A stretch of 64,000 nucleotides of DNA from positions 1,216,001 through 1,280,000 of the forward strand of contig CAXXMB010000002.1 in NCBI GenBank assembly GCA_963668675.2, given 5' to 3'. The DNA is from an uncultured Desulfatitalea sp. (GTDB lineage: Bacteria; Desulfobacterota; Desulfobacteria; Desulfobacterales; Desulfosarcinaceae). Shown one piece after another: positions 60,840-64,000 of this stretch. Below the pieces are notes generated by a model that was not told where the DNA came from, searched no databases, and was given only the letters and a program-made list of their open reading frames with translations. Position 1 is the stretch's first letter. Each line of letters begins with the position of its first letter. The position numbers were made by a program, and so were the translations under genes.

Positions 60840-61811
60840 TTAAGCTGCTCGTTTGGCCACAAAGCGCATGCGAAGATAGGTCATAAAGCCGGTAAAGCCG
60901 TAGGGTGCGTACATGATCACCAGCACGAGCACCAGTCCAAGCACCAGCTCCACCCGGTCGGTAAAGCGGCTGGTGAACTCATCGAGCAGGCCGAAGATAG
61001 CGGCGCCGAAGATGGGGCCAAAAAACTGGCCCACGCCACCCACCATGGTCATCATCACGGGAATAAACGAGGTTAGGATACCGTAGGCGTCGTAGGCGGC
61101 CACTAGGTTCTGGAACATGGCGTAGATGCTGCCGGCGATGCCGGCAAAGCCGCCGGAGATGATGTAGACCACCGCTGTGGTGTGGGGCACCTTAAAGCCC
61201 AGGTAGTCGACCCGTTTGGCGTTGTCGCGCACGGCTACCATGATCTGCCCGAAGGGGGTTTTGGTAAAAAACCACAGCAGCCAGAGACTGACTGCGATCA
61301 CGGCGATGGCAAAGTAGAAGAACAGGATCGGATCGGTCATCTCCAGCGAAAACAGGCCCGGGATCGAAAGCGGCGGGATATCGAACCCGCCGATGCCGTC
61401 TTCACCGCCTGTGATATTGCGCAATTTGAGTGCCAGCACGAACATCAACTGCCCGAAGGCCAGGTGCATCATGGCAAAGGCGTGGCTGCTGACGCGCACG
61501 ACCAGCGGGGCGATGATCACGGCCAGCAGGACGGCGGATAAAAAACCGATGAGAAGTGCCGGGATCAGGGGAAGCCCTTCGATGTGCGACAGTGCCAGGG
61601 CAGTGGCGTATGCGCCGGTGCCAAAGTACATGGCGTGGCCGAAGCTGAGCAGGCCGGTGTAGCCAAGCAGCAGGTTCAAACTGACGGCATAAAGGGCGTA
61701 GATGGCGAATGTGACGAAGATATTGGAATAGTAGATACCAAACAGTTGGGGGTAGAGCAGCAGGAAGATTGTGCCTGCGGCCCACAGGACCCATTTTTGC
61801 TTTTGGTTCAT
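60840..61811 (-). CDS. livM: Branched-chain amino acid-type ABC permease
   Basis: GYTGLLSFGHA, TGGEDG, AVRDN. Confidence 0.88.
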   Translation of the reverse strand: MNQKQKWVLWAAGTIFLLLYPQLFGIYYSNIFVTFAIYALYAVSLNLLLGYTGLLSFGHAMYFGTGAYATALALSHIEGLPLIPALLIGFLSAVLLAVIIAPLVVRVSSHAFAMMHLAFGQLMFVLALKLRNITGGEDGIGGFDIPPLSIPGLFSLEMTDPILFFYFAIAVIAVSLWLLWFFTKTPFGQIMVAVRDNAKRVDYLGFKVPHTTAVVYIISGGFAGIAGSIYAMFQNLVAAYDAYGILTSFIPVMMTMVGGVGQFFGPIFGAAIFGLLDEFTSRFTDRVELVLGLVLVLVIMYAPYGFTGFMTYLRMRFVAKRAA

Positions 61812-62683
61812 TCTTCCTTTTCTCCAAACAGTCCATGGGGTTTGATGGCCAGTGCTACGGCCATAAATACGAACATCAGCACGGCAGCGTACTGTGATAG
61901 AAACTGAACGCCGTATGAGCTGATCAACCCGCCGATAATCGACACCAAAAAGGCGCCGCTGATACTGCCGAAGCCGCCGACCACCACGACGATAAAGGCG
62001 TCTAAGCCCATCTGGTCGGCCAGCCCGGGAAACACGGTCAATATCGGGGCGATGGCCACGCCGGCCACGCCGGCCATCCAGGTGCCGACACCGAACACGA
62101 GCATGAACACCAGCGGCACGTTGATGCCCAGGGCGTTGACCATCTCGGCGTCTGAGACGGCGGCAAGTACAATTTTGCCCAGGCGCGTCTTGTAAAGCAC
62201 CAGGGACAAAATCAGCAGCAGGGCCAGCGCCATGGCGATGATAAACAGTCGGTAGATGGGGTATTCCATACCACCGATCCGCACCAGCCCTTCAAGGATG
62301 GGTGGCATCTTGAGCGGCAAGCTCTCGGTGCCCCAGATGGCCTTGACACCGTCCAGAACAATCAGCGACACGCCTACGGTGAGGATCAGCTCGCCCATGT
62401 GGCCGGAGGCGTGCACTTTTTTGAGCAAAAAGCGCTCCATCAAGATACCGAATACAGCTGTGATCACCGGTGCAAAAATCAGCGCCATCCAGAAGCTGCC
62501 GGTCCAGGCGACCATCTGGTATCCGAAATAGGCCGAGAGCATGAAAAAGGCCGCATGGGCCAAATTGAGCACCCCCATCATGCCGAAGATCAGCGTCAGC
62601 CCCGATGCCACTAAAAACAGTATCATCCCATAAGCCAGACCGTGGATCCCCTGGGCCACGTACATCGCAGCGGATGCATCCAT
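61808..62683 (-). CDS. livH: Branched-chain amino acid-type ABC permease
   Basis: GLTLIFGMMGVLNLAH, VVVVGGFGS, KPHGLFG. Confidence 0.88.
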   Translation of the reverse strand: MDASAAMYVAQGIHGLAYGMILFLVASGLTLIFGMMGVLNLAHAAFFMLSAYFGYQMVAWTGSFWMALIFAPVITAVFGILMERFLLKKVHASGHMGELILTVGVSLIVLDGVKAIWGTESLPLKMPPILEGLVRIGGMEYPIYRLFIIAMALALLLILSLVLYKTRLGKIVLAAVSDAEMVNALGINVPLVFMLVFGVGTWMAGVAGVAIAPILTVFPGLADQMGLDAFIVVVVGGFGSISGAFLVSIIGGLISSYGVQFLSQYAAVLMFVFMAVALAIKPHGLFGEKEE

Positions 62684-62833
62684 AATCTTGTACTCCTTGA
62701 ACCTGTTGAGAAACCGGTGGCTCACCTGTAGATCATGGCCAGGTGAGCCACCGTATCGATGTCTCGATGCTTTTTTCTTACCGCCTGGCGTGCTGCCAGA
62801 CAGGTGACGTATACTTCCGAGCGATGGGTAGAT

Positions 62834-64000
62834 CTATTTGCACAGCGTGGGATCGGCCTTGGGTACGACCTTATCTGCCGGCAACAGGGTCGATGGCCCG
62901 GTATTGGAGCACCCTTCGAACCAATGGTAAGGTGGAATGTTATACGACTGACGTTGCTCTTCCGGCGGTACGAACTCATTGACGGTCAAAGGCGTAATCT
63001 GTTTGTGGTCACAGGCACGCATCTCCAGGATCTGGCCACTGGGAAGCTGATAGGTATCTCCCTCCCACACCTTGATGATCTTCTTCGGATCGGTACTGGC
63101 CGCCCGCTCGACCACGCTCAGCAGCCAGTAGGTCGAACCGATATAGGCGCCGATATTGCCGAATGGATGCTGGTAGAGCACCGTGTCGTAAGGGGCCTTC
63201 CATTTGTTTTTCCAAAGGTCTAGCCACGCTTTGTAAACTCTGATCTGATCCTCGTTTTGGAAGGCCGGATTGCCATTGCCGTATTGAGAAAGATTGACAA
63301 TGCCCTTGGTCCCTTCGATGCCCACATCGTGCAGGAAGCGTGGCTCATCCATGAAAATATCTGCAAACGGCATCATGATGCCCATCTGGCGGGCCTGCTT
63401 GAGCAGGTTGGCCGCGTCCGGGATCCAGTCGCCGGTGTAGACGACTTCTGCGCCTGATGCTTTGACTTTTGTAAGGTAAGGGGCAAAATCGGTGAGAAAC
63501 AGCTTGTGGTAATCCTCGCCCACGATCTCGGCATCCGGATAATACTCCTTCAATCCCTTTTTAAATCCTTCGGCCATGGAGTGTCCGAACAGATAGTCCT
63601 GACAGAGAATGTAGAACTTCTTTTCCTTTTTGCGGACCTGGCCGTAGTAGTAGGCAAGCCCCCGGCCGATCTGCTCAGTGGAGAAGGTGCACATAAAGGA
63701 GTATTTGGAAAAGTTCTGCCCCTCCTGCAACTCATCGGAGAGCGAGGCCGCGTTCACGGAAATTCTCTTGTATCGCTTCGCCACCTGATTGATCACCTTC
63801 TGCAAATGGCTTCCATTGGTTCCCCACAAGAAGTCGACCTTCTCCTTCAAAATCATCCGTTCGCACACTTTTTTGGTTACATCAGGCTTGGACTGGGTGT
63901 CGGCCTTGATCACCTCGACCATCTTCTTTTTACCGTCCACCATCAACCCACCTTGCTTGTTGACCATATGTGCGGCCCACAATACGCTGATGTAGTAAAT
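62834..64000 (-). CDS. LivK-like ABC substrate-binding protein (5' end outside window)
   Basis: Frame open to the window edge; QDYLFG, TDFAPYLTK; upstream of livHMGF. Confidence 0.88.
   Translation of the reverse strand: MYYISVLWAAHMVNKQGGLMVDGKKKMVEVIKADTQSKPDVTKKVCERMILKEKVDFLWGTNGSHLQKVINQVAKRYKRISVNAASLSDELQEGQNFSKYSFMCTFSTEQIGRGLAYYYGQVRKKEKKFYILCQDYLFGHSMAEGFKKGLKEYYPDAEIVGEDYHKLFLTDFAPYLTKVKASGAEVVYTGDWIPDAANLLKQARQMGIMMPFADIFMDEPRFLHDVGIEGTKGIVNLSQYGNGNPAFQNEDQIRVYKAWLDLWKNKWKAPYDTVLYQHPFGNIGAYIGSTYWLLSVVERAASTDPKKIIKVWEGDTYQLPSGQILEMRACDHKQITPLTVNEFVPPEEQRQSYNIPPYHWFEGCSNTGPSTLLPADKVVPKADPTLCK

Noticed and set aside
1..64000. Genome-wide TAG reassignment
   Set aside because: Many intact genes end at TAG at their expected C-termini (for example the rhomboid, aapM, SSS kinase and serine hydrolase).

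Overview
A GC-rich chromosomal window from a sulfate-reducing deltaproteobacterium. It carries dsrT-dsrMKJOP; a Desulfobacterales-type affiliation is my inference. Most of it is ordinary gene content: PAS/hybrid kinases, KamA-family radical SAM, YchF-like ATPase, map, a NifA-like sigma-54 activator, dinB, HD-GYP, phoBR, mntP, gntR-trpBA-truD, crcB-DUF190, aapJQMP, an RND pump, an SSS-fused sensor kinase and a liv-type ABC transporter. The most interesting signals lie outside the ORF track. (1) A candidate ~80-nt sigma-54-dependent small RNA at ~52775-52855 (minus strand) whose unpaired region is the exact complement of a Shine-Dalgarno + spacer + AUG-AAA-AAA initiation site, with aapJ as a plausible in-window target. 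(2) Two diverged 180-bp rod-like palindromic elements (13572-13751, 59160-59339) showing compensatory base changes. (3) An integrase-less integron cassette array (attI-like site plus two attC sites, 45925-47645). (4) A ~1441-codon secreted-protein gene interrupted by one in-frame TAG at 38048-38050. All calls are by eye; no searches were run.
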